Source of the DNA: a virus
Lineage: Duplodnaviria; Caudoviricetes
Length of the DNA stretch: 59,956 nt
Strand: one strand, 5' to 3'
Virus record (IMG/VR): IMGVR_UViG_3300049141_000020
Span: 1-59,956 of that record
A program made the position numbers and the translations under genes. The stretch's first letter is position 1; each line of letters opens with the position of its first letter. The notes beneath the pieces were generated by a model. That model was given only the letters and a program-made list of their open reading frames with translations, ran no database searches and had not been told where the DNA came from. Positions 9,159 through 17,939 of the stretch are shown here, in pieces.

Positions 9159-9710
9159 TTACCTTCCAGTCCGTATGCCTCGGTTCATTTCCGCAGTCAG
9201 AGCGTCAATCGCTCTGTAGCCGCGCTTCTTGTCGGCGTCGTTCACGGGGCTCATCCCGTAGACGAACTGCCGCATGATGGCTTCCTGGTAATCCAGGTTC
9301 AGGCGCCTGATCGCCTTCTCAGCGTCCATCCGTGCGGACAAGATGTTGTCCGTGATGACGCACCGCGTCAGGTCGTCCTTCTTGCCGATCTGCTGAGAGA
9401 CCTCGTTGTCTGTGTAGACGAACGACCGCATGACGCCCCGCACTTCATCAGGTGTGTAGTGGTACTGGTCGTCCATGAGGTCGAGGTAGGCGCGTTCCTT
9501 GGCGGCGTAGCGCCGGCCCGCGTTCCAGAAGACCTTGCGAAGCACTTCCTCATTGCCCTGGTACTGGGCGATGACGTGCTGTTCCTTGACCGCGTGCAGC
9601 AGGATCTCTTGCTTCACGTCGTCCAGTTCTACGATCTGCCACTTCGCGGTGATCTCTCGGGCAACCTTCTCAGCGAGTTCCTCAAGGGCCTCCCAGTTGA
9701 TTTCCGTCAT
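9159..9710 (-). CDS. Sigma-factor-like / HTH DNA-binding phage protein
   Basis: ELDDVKQEILL region-2-like segment and C-terminal helical region; synteny with cluster A-like phages. Confidence 0.6.
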   Translation of the reverse strand: MTEINWEALEELAEKVAREITAKWQIVELDDVKQEILLHAVKEQHVIAQYQGNEEVLRKVFWNAGRRYAAKERAYLDLMDDQYHYTPDEVRGVMRSFVYTDNEVSQQIGKKDDLTRCVITDNILSARMDAEKAIRRLNLDYQEAIMRQFVYGMSPVNDADKKRGYRAIDALTAEMNRGIRTGR

Positions 9711-10516
9711 GCACTTCCCTTGCCAGCAAAGCGGCCCTTCGGCCCTCGCTTGATCTTTCCGTAGCGCTCTCCCTCGACGACGAATGATCCGTCGTCCTCA
9801 ACAGGGATGGCATGCGGGGTGGCGCCGTACTTTCCGACGTAGAAGAGGCCAAAGCCCTTCTGCCAGTTGGCGGGGCCGTTCTTGAGGTATCCCGCTTGGC
9901 GAACGTCCATGAGGTGGCCGACCTCAAAGCCATAGATCGTCCGGAGCTTCCCGCCGTAGCCCGTGGACTCCGGAGAGATGGCTAGCCGATGAGTGTGGCC
10001 CATGACGACCGAGACGCCAGCCTTTCGGGCCTTCGCCGCGGCGGTCCGGCCGGCAACCTGGTTCAGGCCGGCCGACTCGTGCCCATGGATCGCGACCCAT
10101 CCCGGAGCGAACTCGTAGTAGGGCTGGAGGAGTTGAACGTCGTAGGCCGCAAAGTCCAACAGGTTCTCGAAGCGGTAGAAGGAGTCCTCCGCTGCGAGGG
10201 CCGGTGCCCTTGAGGCCAGGTACTTCCTCGGTCGCTCGTCATGGTTGCCCTCCAGGACCCCCACGGGGCCGTCGTAGACGGCCCGTAGGGGCTCAAGGAA
10301 GTTGGCCTTGGTGTGCTCGGAGTCCCGGATGACGTTGCCCTCGAACTCCGCCCTGGTCCCCGCGGACCAGCGGGAGGGGGCCGGGTAGTCGACCAGGTCA
10401 CCGATCTGGATTACTTCGTCAGGCTGGTACTCCCCGATGAAGGCGATGACGTTCTTCAGAGCCCGCTTGTCCTCGAAGGGCATCTGAGTGTCGGAGATGA
10501 CGACAACACGCTTCAC
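9707..10516 (-). CDS. Calcineurin-like metallophosphoesterase
   Basis: SDTQ, GDLVD, GNHD, HGH and GHTH motifs. Confidence 0.9.
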   Translation of the reverse strand: MKRVVVISDTQMPFEDKRALKNVIAFIGEYQPDEVIQIGDLVDYPAPSRWSAGTRAEFEGNVIRDSEHTKANFLEPLRAVYDGPVGVLEGNHDERPRKYLASRAPALAAEDSFYRFENLLDFAAYDVQLLQPYYEFAPGWVAIHGHESAGLNQVAGRTAAAKARKAGVSVVMGHTHRLAISPESTGYGGKLRTIYGFEVGHLMDVRQAGYLKNGPANWQKGFGLFYVGKYGATPHAIPVEDDGSFVVEGERYGKIKRGPKGRFAGKGSA

Positions 10517-10926
10517 ACTGCCTCCAGCACCGGGGCAGGCGAGTCGTGATGGGCCTCATACAGCTCGACAGCGTTCGTGAGGGCCTGGCCCCACGACGAC
10601 CCCCCGTCCTGGTTGTGTTGCACGTACCGGAGGAGGCTCTTCGTCGGGTAGCTCAGACCCTTCACCTCAGCAGCGCGCAGAGCCGAGACTGCTGACAGGC
10701 CTTCCACGCGCTTGAGATCCGCGAGCGACACGCCCAGGCGGTGAAGGACCGTGCCGACGATGCAGCCCGCCTCTTCGGTGCCGTCCTCATTCTTGTGGAC
10801 GTAGAAGCAGGACGTGTCATCCCCGAAGACCAGCATGTTGTCTGGGGCCTTGTAGACCTTCTCCGGGTTCTCCGCGACCACGTCACGAAGGGTGGAAAGG
10901 ACCTGGTCGTCAGTCAGGGTGATCAC
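10513..10926 (-). CDS. Hypothetical protein
   Basis: Start and stop overlap both neighbours. Confidence 0.65.
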   Translation of the reverse strand: MITLTDDQVLSTLRDVVAENPEKVYKAPDNMLVFGDDTSCFYVHKNEDGTEEAGCIVGTVLHRLGVSLADLKRVEGLSAVSALRAAEVKGLSYPTKSLLRYVQHNQDGGSSWGQALTNAVELYEAHHDSPAPVLEAV

Positions 10927-11372
10927 TTGGAGTGCTCCAGTCGCTCGATCTCGCGGTTGATGTACCAGGCCGCTTTGCGCAGGTCCGTAAGCGGATCGTC
11001 GTGCTTGTGATTGGCTCGGAGGACGTACTTCACGACGTTCCCGAGGCTGAATCCCATGATTTCGGTTATGTCGATGACCTCGACACCGTTGGGGAGCCAG
11101 GTGTAATGGCTCGGGCGGTTGATCTCGTCGTCCTCAGCCTTTGTGAGGTACTCATTGATCTCGTCCACGATTTCGAGGTACTGAGTCAGACTCACGGGGG
11201 ACAGCTCCTCTTCGGCAAAGCCGAGAGTGGTGCCGTTGGAGAAGGTCACTTCGTACGGGAAGGTCTCGTCTTCCAAATACTTGGTGATGGCAGCTCGCTG
11301 CCCCCGGAACTGCTCGGTGTAGAGAGTGGACGGGTTCGAGATCTCTACGACCTCGCCGGGCTGGAACTTCAC
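10923..11372 (-). CDS. DUF3310-like protein with an N-terminal SH3-like segment
   Basis: INRPSHY...FSLGNVVKYVLRA..K...DLRKAAWYINREI. Confidence 0.8.
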   Translation of the reverse strand: MKFQPGEVVEISNPSTLYTEQFRGQRAAITKYLEDETFPYEVTFSNGTTLGFAEEELSPVSLTQYLEIVDEINEYLTKAEDDEINRPSHYTWLPNGVEVIDITEIMGFSLGNVVKYVLRANHKHDDPLTDLRKAAWYINREIERLEHSK

Positions 11373-11572
11373 TCCGCGGCCTCCAGCTCGTCATCATGGA
11401 AGAAGGCGCCCACAGGATGGAACTCACGGTGGGCGTCGTCCAGGAGAACGGATGTCGCTTCCTCAACCTGGGCGTAGTTCACAGCCTCGATCGTTCCCGT
11501 CAGGCCGGCAGTCCCGTCCGCGACTGTTGCGCGAACTCGGACGCGGGTGCCGGGCTTCCACTTCGACTTCAC
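11369..11572 (-). CDS. Small hypothetical (KOW/SH3-like) protein
   Basis: GTG overlapping the primase stop; WKPGTRVRV. Confidence 0.55.
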   Translation of the reverse strand: MKSKWKPGTRVRVRATVADGTAGLTGTIEAVNYAQVEEATSVLLDDAHREFHPVGAFFHDDELEAAE

Positions 11573-12267
11573 AGGCCGATCCTTTCTCGCAGGGCGGCAG
11601 CCCCGTACTCGTGCAGGAATGAATTTGAATCGTGGCCGTCGCCAAGGACGATGACCTTTGAATTGGGCAGGCTGGCCGCCAGTTTCTCGGCGGCCTCGAT
11701 TCCGGGCTTGTCGCCATCGGCGATGATGTAGACCACCTCGTACCCGAGCAGTGGCGGAATGAAGTGATCCCGCCAACTCGACGTGCCCTGATAGGCGATG
11801 GCCGGCACGCCGATCGACTCCCAGGCCATCGCGTCCATTTCGCCTTCAGTAACGACGACGAACGGGTTTGAGGTGATCAGTGCCTTGGTGTTGAACATTC
11901 GCGGCACGTCGCCGGGGACCGTCATGTACTTGCCGTGCCCCTGATGCTGCTCCTTGCGGGTCGGGGCCAGGTAGTTGCCGTGCTCGTCCCGTACACATTC
12001 ATCGGCTATGCAGCGGAAGCGGATGGTGGCCGTGCCATGCGGTCCGTTTGCCGGCCGCAGGTAGGGCATGACCAGCATGCCGGAGCGTTGCTCATGTCCA
12101 GTCAGCGCCGAATCGACGAACCCCAGACCGAACCTGCCCGCTACTTCTCCCAAACCGCGGGCCCTGATGTACTCCTCGGCTGGGCTGCCCTTGAATTGCT
12201 GGTGATACGTCTTCGCTGCTTCCACCGAACCGGGAATGTGCCCATGCCTGAGCTTCTCTGAAGCCAA
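11569..12267 (-). CDS. DNA primase, catalytic TOPRIM part
   Basis: TEGEMDA, DGDKPG and DSNS motifs. Confidence 0.88.
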   Translation of the reverse strand: MASEKLRHGHIPGSVEAAKTYHQQFKGSPAEEYIRARGLGEVAGRFGLGFVDSALTGHEQRSGMLVMPYLRPANGPHGTATIRFRCIADECVRDEHGNYLAPTRKEQHQGHGKYMTVPGDVPRMFNTKALITSNPFVVVTEGEMDAMAWESIGVPAIAYQGTSSWRDHFIPPLLGYEVVYIIADGDKPGIEAAEKLAASLPNSKVIVLGDGHDSNSFLHEYGAAALRERIGL

Positions 12268-12493
12268 TCTGCTCCTCTCGCATGATGACGTCTATCGAGT
12301 CCTCGGAGACCTGACAGACAAAGCAGTTCCAGCGCTGTTTCTCCGTGCTCACTGAGGCACTGGGGTTCTCGTCAACGTGAAGCGGGCAGGGGACCTTTTG
12401 CCACCCTGCCCGCTCCCGGACCTGTATTGAGTAGTAGTGCTTCAGTACCTCAGCGATCGGAGGCTTATCGACCGCTCTGGGGGGCCGGCTCAC
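12092..12493 (-). CDS. DNA primase, CHC2 zinc-binding part
   Basis: CPLHVDENPSAS...WNCFVC. Confidence 0.85.
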   Translation of the reverse strand: MSRPPRAVDKPPIAEVLKHYYSIQVRERAGWQKVPCPLHVDENPSASVSTEKQRWNCFVCQVSEDSIDVIMREEQIGFREAQAWAHSRFGGSSEDVSPAIQGQPSRGVHQGPRFGRSSGQVRSGVRRFGADWT

Positions 12494-12594
12494 CGGTCCG
12501 CCTCACGTGGACGGGAAAGTTGTACTGGCGGTTCGCACTGCCCATGAATTCCTTCTCGCCCCGCCACTTGCGGTAGTCGAATTTGATGCTCTGC

Positions 12595-13029
12595 TCACTC
12601 ATCGTGTGCCTCTCGCGTGTCCACGTGATAGCGCGGTCCGAGGTATCGGACGGCAGGTGGGTCTTCCAGATAAGCCGCTGCATTTCGCAGGACTTCAGGG
12701 TTGTCCTTGGCGGCCGGAAGAATTCGCCGGTTGCAGAGACGGCAGGTGAGCCCTCGGACCAGGCCGGTTTTGTGGTCGTGGTCTACGTCGAGCCGGTACC
12801 GTCGGGACTGCTGGCAGATGGCGCAAGTGCCGCCCTGGTATTCCATGAGTGCCTGATACTCACCAGGCGCCAGGCCGTAGGTCTGAGTTACGCGGCCTTC
12901 GTGTGATGCGGCCCTTCGGGTCGCCTTCCTACAGGTCGCACAGACCCGGCCCTTTGGGGTGAAGAACCTCGTCGCACGGTTCTTCTCGCATCTCGTACAG
13001 CGCCGATATCCGGCGCGAGGTTTAGACAC
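12595..13029 (-). CDS. Endonuclease VII
   Basis: QGGTCAIC...DVDHDHKTGLVRGLTCRLCN. Confidence 0.9.
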   Translation of the reverse strand: MSKPRAGYRRCTRCEKNRATRFFTPKGRVCATCRKATRRAASHEGRVTQTYGLAPGEYQALMEYQGGTCAICQQSRRYRLDVDHDHKTGLVRGLTCRLCNRRILPAAKDNPEVLRNAAAYLEDPPAVRYLGPRYHVDTREAHDE

Positions 13030-13366
13030 GTGACCTCAGGGCCGCCTCAAGCCTCTTCTGGTCTTTCGTGAGAGCCGCCTCATCCGCGAGACTCTGGAGA
13101 GTCGAGAGCGGGACGACTTCCCATGCCGGCCCCTGACGAGTCGGCATTGACACAGCCACGGCCTTGGCCGCGCTGTATCGGGAGTGGAATCGAAGTTCCT
13201 TGGCGAGACGGTAAAGTCTCATGTTCCGAGTGCTCTCGACAGAGAGCACGAGGGCGACCACTCCCCCGCCCGCTTCGCCGATCTGGTCTGCCGAGATATG
13301 CGGGTTCCTCGAAACGAGAACCTCGACGATTTCCCGCTCTAGTGTGTACCCGCAAGCCCTAGGCAT
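13022..13366 (-). CDS. Hypothetical protein
   Basis: ATG with purine-rich RBS, downstream of an operator copy. Confidence 0.55.
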   Translation of the reverse strand: MPRACGYTLEREIVEVLVSRNPHISADQIGEAGGGVVALVLSVESTRNMRLYRLAKELRFHSRYSAAKAVAVSMPTRQGPAWEVVPLSTLQSLADEAALTKDQKRLEAALRSRV

Positions 13367-13445
13367 TTCCCCGCCCCTTTCCCTAATACCAACATAGATC
13401 GCCCTGTTAACGAATTCAACCTTGAAGGCATGTGAGGAACATTAC

Positions 13446-14264
13446 CTACAGCTCGTCCAGCAGGTCAGTCAGCTGCATGTTGGTGTTGTTGAAGACATAG
13501 GACGAGAAGGTCTGACCACTGGAGTCCTCGAACCCCTCCCGGTTCTTCACCGGTGAGACATGCAAGATCCTTCCGTCCATGCCGTCGATCTCCTTGTGGA
13601 TCGTGAGGGCGAGGTTTGGCACTCGGGCGATCTTGCCTTTGATGCCAGAGAGCGGAATCGGCTGGAGGCCGTCCGAGAACTCACCGACTACGTGATGTAG
13701 CGCCAGGACATGAGCGCTTGTGTAACGAGCCATCTCCGACATGTACTCGGACATGGATTCCAGGCCAAAGGTGTATGACTCCGCGTCGCCGGCCGATGCG
13801 TCACCGGCGACATTGGTGATGTTGTCCACCACGATCAAGTGCGGAAATATGCCGAAGACCTCGAAGTACGCCCGAAGGTCTCGCTCGATGTCCATGAGCG
13901 TCGGGCGGGCTTCATAGTTGAATCTGATCCACCACCGCTTTGCGAGGTAGGCCGCATACTCCCCGAAGTCGTCGGCCAGAAGCTTGCGCTTCACGTCCCT
14001 CACGTTGTCACCCGTGAGGATGGCCGTGGCCCGAGTGAGCTGGGTGGCTGCGTTGCTGTCTGCGCTGTAGTACAGGACCGGAATGTTTCCATGCAAGGCG
14101 AGATTCAGTGCGAAGAGACTCTTGCCGGTGCCAGGGCCGGCAGCGACTAGCGAGAACTCACCGCGGCGGAACTCGACCTCATGACGGGCCAGGCCCTTAA
14201 AGGGCGAAGGGAGAGGTTCCCCTGCCGCCCCCTTCACCAAGACTGACTGTGCGAGGCTATACAG
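13446..14264 (-). CDS. DnaB-like helicase (RecA-fold ATPase); probable CTG start at 14264
   Basis: AGPGTGKS Walker A, LIVVDN Walker B, VKNREG. Confidence 0.88.
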   Translation of the reverse strand: MYSLAQSVLVKGAAGEPLPSPFKGLARHEVEFRRGEFSLVAAGPGTGKSLFALNLALHGNIPVLYYSADSNAATQLTRATAILTGDNVRDVKRKLLADDFGEYAAYLAKRWWIRFNYEARPTLMDIERDLRAYFEVFGIFPHLIVVDNITNVAGDASAGDAESYTFGLESMSEYMSEMARYTSAHVLALHHVVGEFSDGLQPIPLSGIKGKIARVPNLALTIHKEIDGMDGRILHVSPVKNREGFEDSSGQTFSSYVFNNTNMQLTDLLDEL

Positions 14265-14424
14265 GACTACCCCCCAAATCGTCCAACAGCTCTTCCGCGG
14301 TTCGGCGGTCTTCGTCGTCGGTGATATCCCAGCGACTAAGGTATGCGTTCAGTGATTCCCGAATCAGCCGAACCTCGGTCGTAGTGAACTCACCGATGAT
14401 CTTTGAAGTGGTTAGCTTCGCCAT
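14257..14424 (-). CDS. Small hypothetical protein
   Basis: GGAGG RBS before ATG; MAKLTTSK... Confidence 0.55.
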   Translation of the reverse strand: MAKLTTSKIIGEFTTTEVRLIRESLNAYLSRWDITDDEDRRTAEELLDDLGGSPV

Positions 14425-14454
14425 TGTCTTCCTCCACTGCCCACTATGCATGCC

Positions 14455-15258
14455 TCAGTTAACGGATTCAACCTTGGGCCGAAAAAAAAGGCACGAGTAA
14501 TTCACGTCACAGAACCGACAGTCGTAGCCGGGCCGCGCCGGGAAGTCTCCCGCCTTCACACCCGCATCCATGGCCGCGTACCGCTCGCCCAGGTCGTCTT
14601 CGCTCACCTGGTCCAGCTTCACAGGCCGGGAAAGGCGCCCGTCCTTGGCCAGGTACCAGTCAGCATCGTTGACCTCGACGCCGTAGAGCTGCCGCATGGC
14701 GATGCCGTAGGTCTGAAGCTGGAACTTGCTCTTCATCGAGCCCGTCTTGAGGTCCCGAGGCCGTACGGCTCCGCCCTTGACCGTGACGAGCTGGTCTATG
14801 TAGCCGCGGACCTTGATCCCGCCCAGCTCGACCATGAAGTACAGCTCTAGACCGGGCTCACCTTCGGGTGTCTTCCAGATCTCGGGGCCGTTGGCCTTGG
14901 ACCACTGTACGTAGTACGCCGTCTGCTCCTGGCCCAGGACGTAGCGCCGCTCGATGTCCTCCCCGCCCGTGTAGCGGCCGGCACTCATCCACTGGTCGGT
15001 GTCCGGCCACTTGTCCAGGGCCTCGTTCACCGCAGTCGTGTACTCGTCGTGAAAGATGTCCAGGACTTCTTCGGGCGTCATCTGACGGGACGACCGTTCC
15101 CACGCCTCAGCGGAGCTGTGGAAGGCAGTCCCATGAAAGCTCCAGGCTGCCGGTCTCGGCTCGACTCGTTCAACTCGCTGGAGGTAGTACCTCCATGCGC
15201 ACTTGTCTAGGTACTGCTCTGCCTGAGAGACCGACCGCGGTTGGGTTTCTATGCTCAA
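14455..15258 (-). CDS. RecB-like / Cas4-like PD-(D/E)XK exonuclease
   Basis: RGYIDQ..DLKTG..QLQTY; N-terminal Cys plus CRFC...C. Confidence 0.88.
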   Translation of the reverse strand: MSIETQPRSVSQAEQYLDKCAWRYYLQRVERVEPRPAAWSFHGTAFHSSAEAWERSSRQMTPEEVLDIFHDEYTTAVNEALDKWPDTDQWMSAGRYTGGEDIERRYVLGQEQTAYYVQWSKANGPEIWKTPEGEPGLELYFMVELGGIKVRGYIDQLVTVKGGAVRPRDLKTGSMKSKFQLQTYGIAMRQLYGVEVNDADWYLAKDGRLSRPVKLDQVSEDDLGERYAAMDAGVKAGDFPARPGYDCRFCDVNYSCLFFRPKVESVN

Positions 15259-15641
15259 TCCTGGCTACCTACCTTGCTGAATCTGATGATGGTGAACGAG
15301 CTGCTGCCGGGGATCTCGGCGTGTGCCCGGTTGACGACCTTCCGGGCGACTTCCAGCACAGACAGGCGGCTCCCCAACTCGGCCTCCAGCTCGGCGGCAC
15401 GCTGTTCGGTTAGCGACGGCAAGGCGAGGTCGCTGATGATCAAATCCACCCAGTCCGCCACCTTCCCCGTCACGTACAGGACGAGTACACCGAGAGTGAA
15501 GTAGTCAGGCTCTATGTGGAGCGGCATCGCATCCCAGGTAGAGCAGCTCGGCGATCCCTCGCCGAAAGGTTTCTGCACGTCCGGGACGTCACCCAACCAA
15601 GCGGCCACGATCCCTACCGCTGAGCGGCAAGCGTCGTTCAT
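15255..15641 (-). CDS. Hypothetical protein
   Basis: ORF overlapping the exonuclease start. Confidence 0.55.
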   Translation of the reverse strand: MNDACRSAVGIVAAWLGDVPDVQKPFGEGSPSCSTWDAMPLHIEPDYFTLGVLVLYVTGKVADWVDLIISDLALPSLTEQRAAELEAELGSRLSVLEVARKVVNRAHAEIPGSSSFTIIRFSKVGSQD

Positions 15642-15881
15642 CTAGTACTCACTGAAAAGTCACCTCAGGAGGACCTCCCCCCTGGTCACACAGTGACACG
15701 GTTGAACCCGTTAACACAACCCGCAAACTGTGCGTCTGTGATCACACGGTGAAGGTTGCACTGCAAGCAGTCACAAAGTGATTACGAAACGACAAAGGAC
15801 CCCCTGCCCTGCGGGTAGAAGGTCCCGATATGCGCCGCTTGCTCCACTTGTCTGTCGTTCACTTAGCAAAATGAACAAAAA

Positions 15882-16409
15882 TTACCAGCGGTAACGGCCC
15901 TCCTCGACCTCAACCTCCCCCTCAGGGGGGAGGGTGATGGCCTTGAGGTACTGCCCCTTCGGCTTCTCGCGGTTGTCGGGCCAGCGCAGGACGAGACGAC
16001 CGTCCCTCTCCTCCCTGGGCACATATACCCAAGGATTGGGGCCGGCTTCGAGGTCGAACGACAGCACGGCATTATGCGTAACGCAGTAGGCATGGAAACG
16101 ACGCGCCAAACGCAACTGAGTATCACTCAGTGTCTTGTCGCCAAGACGCCAGCGCATGAAATACATCAGCTCTTTGGCGCGACCGAAATGCGTATACTCG
16201 GAACGCTTGAAATCCTTGGTGGTAGGCCAAGCCGCATCGAGAATAGCCTTGGCCGCATTCGTGTGCGGCTTCCGCGGCTCTTTCCAGCGCTTATTCACAG
16301 CCTGAATAGAAACACCGGCAGCCTTAGCGATTTGTTCATCGCTAAGGCCGTCGATATACCGCCATTTAATAAGCGTTTCATTATCCGGCAGATGCTGCGG
16401 CGCAGGCAT
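15882..16409 (-). CDS. Probable immunity repressor (L5 gp71-like size and position)
   Basis: N-terminal HTH (GLSDEQIAKAAGVSIQAVNKRW), ~175 aa, GGAGGG RBS, operator-like copies on both sides. Confidence 0.75.
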   Translation of the reverse strand: MPAPQHLPDNETLIKWRYIDGLSDEQIAKAAGVSIQAVNKRWKEPRKPHTNAAKAILDAAWPTTKDFKRSEYTHFGRAKELMYFMRWRLGDKTLSDTQLRLARRFHAYCVTHNAVLSFDLEAGPNPWVYVPREERDGRLVLRWPDNREKPKGQYLKAITLPPEGEVEVEEGRYRW

Positions 16410-16578
16410 GGACCCTCCCAAGTTTGCGGTCCACGTTACCCATTAGTTGCTCTAAGTTCAACGGGACTCGGGTCACAACGTTGACTCCGTTAGTTGTGAT
16501 GTGGGTCTCATCTTGTCAGGGCAGTGTCCCAACCGTGAGGCTTTGACACCGACATCATTAGTGAGAGAGCGAGAGAAG

Positions 16579-16598
16579 CGAACGAACGAACGAACGAA
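16579..16598 (+). repeat. (CGAA)5 tandem repeat in the divergent intergenic region
   Basis: cgaacgaacgaacgaacgaa. Confidence 0.85.
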
Positions 16599-16787
16599 AC
16601 AGACGGCTTAGTCTGTAACTTACAGTAGTGAAACTAAGAAGCATTCAAGCCACTTCTCGCAGCTCACAATTAGCCACTCCTGTTGACCCCCTGTTGAGCT
16701 TCAGCTCCAGGTCGGCCGTCCAGGAGACGGCCCCGGCCGCCAGACCAGCAGCCGGCCGGGGCCACGAACTTGCGGGAGGGCGGAACC

Positions 16788-17111
16788 ATGCCCAGGGCCA
16801 AAAGCATATGCCTGCTCACGGGCTGTGTCGCTCGGAGCGTACTCGACGGTAGGTGCAGTGATCACCAGCTTCGCAAGAGCTGGAATAGAACAAGTGCTCG
16901 AAATGCGGGACGGCCATCAGATTGGGCCAGTCGCAGATCCCGGACGCTCGCGCGAGACCGGTTCACCTGCCAACGGTGCGGCTCGCGAGAGCACCTTGAG
17001 GTGGATCACATCGTTCCTGTGGCCCGAGGCGGGTCCTGGGAGCTGTCCAACCTGTGGATCTTGTGTCGGTCATGCCATCGACGCAAGACATACGGGGAGG
17101 ACCGGGCCTGA
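16788..17111 (+). CDS. HNH endonuclease (packaging-associated type)
   Basis: RDRFTCQRCG...VDHIVPVARGG...NLWILCRSCHRRKT. Confidence 0.92.
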   Translation: MPRAKSICLLTGCVARSVLDGRCSDHQLRKSWNRTSARNAGRPSDWASRRSRTLARDRFTCQRCGSREHLEVDHIVPVARGGSWELSNLWILCRSCHRRKTYGEDRA

Positions 17112-17120
17112 TCGGCTCAT

Positions 17121-17196
17121 TCCCTGATAGCTCAGACGGCAGAGCAGCGGACTGTTAATCCGCGCGTCCCTGGTTCGAGTCCAGGTCGGGGAGCCA
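17121..17196 (+). tRNA. tRNA-Asn(GTT)
   Basis: Full cloverleaf, anticodon loop ctGTTaa, GGTTCGAGTCC, encoded CCA. Confidence 0.92.
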
Positions 17197-17252
17197 TGCG
17201 GGTAGCTCCCGCAGTGCCTTGAAGCTCCCCCTGATCAGGGGATGGAGAGGCG

Positions 17253-17325
17253 GTGCCCGTCGTCTAGCGGCATAGGACTCCTCCCCTTCCGGGAGGCGAC
17301 GCCGGTTCGAATCCGGTCGGGCACA
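17253..17325 (+). tRNA. tRNA-Glu(TTC)-like with an atypical anticodon loop
   Basis: Acceptor GTGCCCG/CGGGCAC, GTCTAGCGG D arm, GGTTCGAATCC; loop CCTTCCG has C at position 33. Confidence 0.65.
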
Positions 17326-17414
17326 CAAGGGGAAGGGTGAGGCCGGTGGGTACCGGCGCGTTCGACGTGGTTGGCCACCAGGGGGTTCGAGTCCCTCCAC
17401 CTGCACCCGGCCAC

Positions 17415-17487
17415 ACGCACATAGCTCAGTTGGTAGAGCGCGGCCCTCATAAGGCCGAGGTCCCTGGTTCGAGCCCAGGTGGGCGTA
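17415..17487 (+). tRNA. tRNA with CAT anticodon (Met or Ile2)
   Basis: TAGCTCAGTTGGTAGAGC, CGGCC-ctCATaa-GGCCG, T arm; one acceptor mismatch. Confidence 0.85.
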
Positions 17488-17513
17488 CTGCGAGCAAGGG
17501 CATCCGGAGGCCC

Positions 17514-17588
17514 GTGCGGAAGTGCTGCCAGGAGGTACGCCGGGCAAGCCGCCCGGAGATCAGGGGTTCAAATCCCCTCCGCACACCA
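17514..17588 (+). ncRNA. tRNA-like element with CCA end but no canonical anticodon loop
   Basis: GTGCGG/CCGCAC acceptor plus ACCA, AGGGG-TTCAAAT-CCCCT T arm, CCGGG-CAAGCCG-CCCGG arm. Confidence 0.6.
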
Positions 17589-17624
17589 GACTCGCCGGGC
17601 AGCGGCCCCCGTTAACGGCCGCGC

Positions 17625-17697
17625 AGGCTCATAGCTCAGTTGGTAGAGCTGCGGACTCTTAATCCGTGTGTCCAGGGTTCGAGCCCCTGTGGGCCTA
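17625..17697 (+). tRNA. tRNA-Lys(CTT)
   Basis: Cloverleaf with GCGGA-ctCTTaa-TCCGT anticodon arm. Confidence 0.9.
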
Positions 17698-17765
17698 CCG
17701 ATCTAGTAGCCGTCCGTCCTCCGGGACCGGGCGGCTTTCCTATTCATTCCTTCCGGAGGTCCCCC

Positions 17766-17939
17766 ATGTCCGCGTGCAACGGCACCTGCTTCGACTGCCC
17801 CTATGACTTCTGCGTGCCCGATACGCGGGCAGCACGTCCGAGCAAGGCGGAGCAGCGCAAGGGATGGCGTCAGGACGCGCTCTTCGAAATCGAGGACTTG
17901 GAAGACCTGTACCCCGGCCTGCCTGAGGTGAGGCTGTGA
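17766..17939 (+). CDS. Small Cys-rich protein
   Basis: GGAGG RBS; MSACNGTCFDCPYDFC; GTGA overlap with the small terminase. Confidence 0.65.
   Translation: MSACNGTCFDCPYDFCVPDTRAARPSKAEQRKGWRQDALFEIEDLEDLYPGLPEVRL

Noticed and set aside
14455-15258. Cas4-like nuclease as part of a CRISPR system with the mini-array
   Set aside because: It is a standard RecB-like exonuclease of the replication arm, with no cas1/cas2 or Cascade genes in the window
17329-17406. Additional tRNA
   Set aside because: Only a T-arm-like GGGGGTTCGAGTCCCTC is evident; no convincing acceptor or anticodon stem
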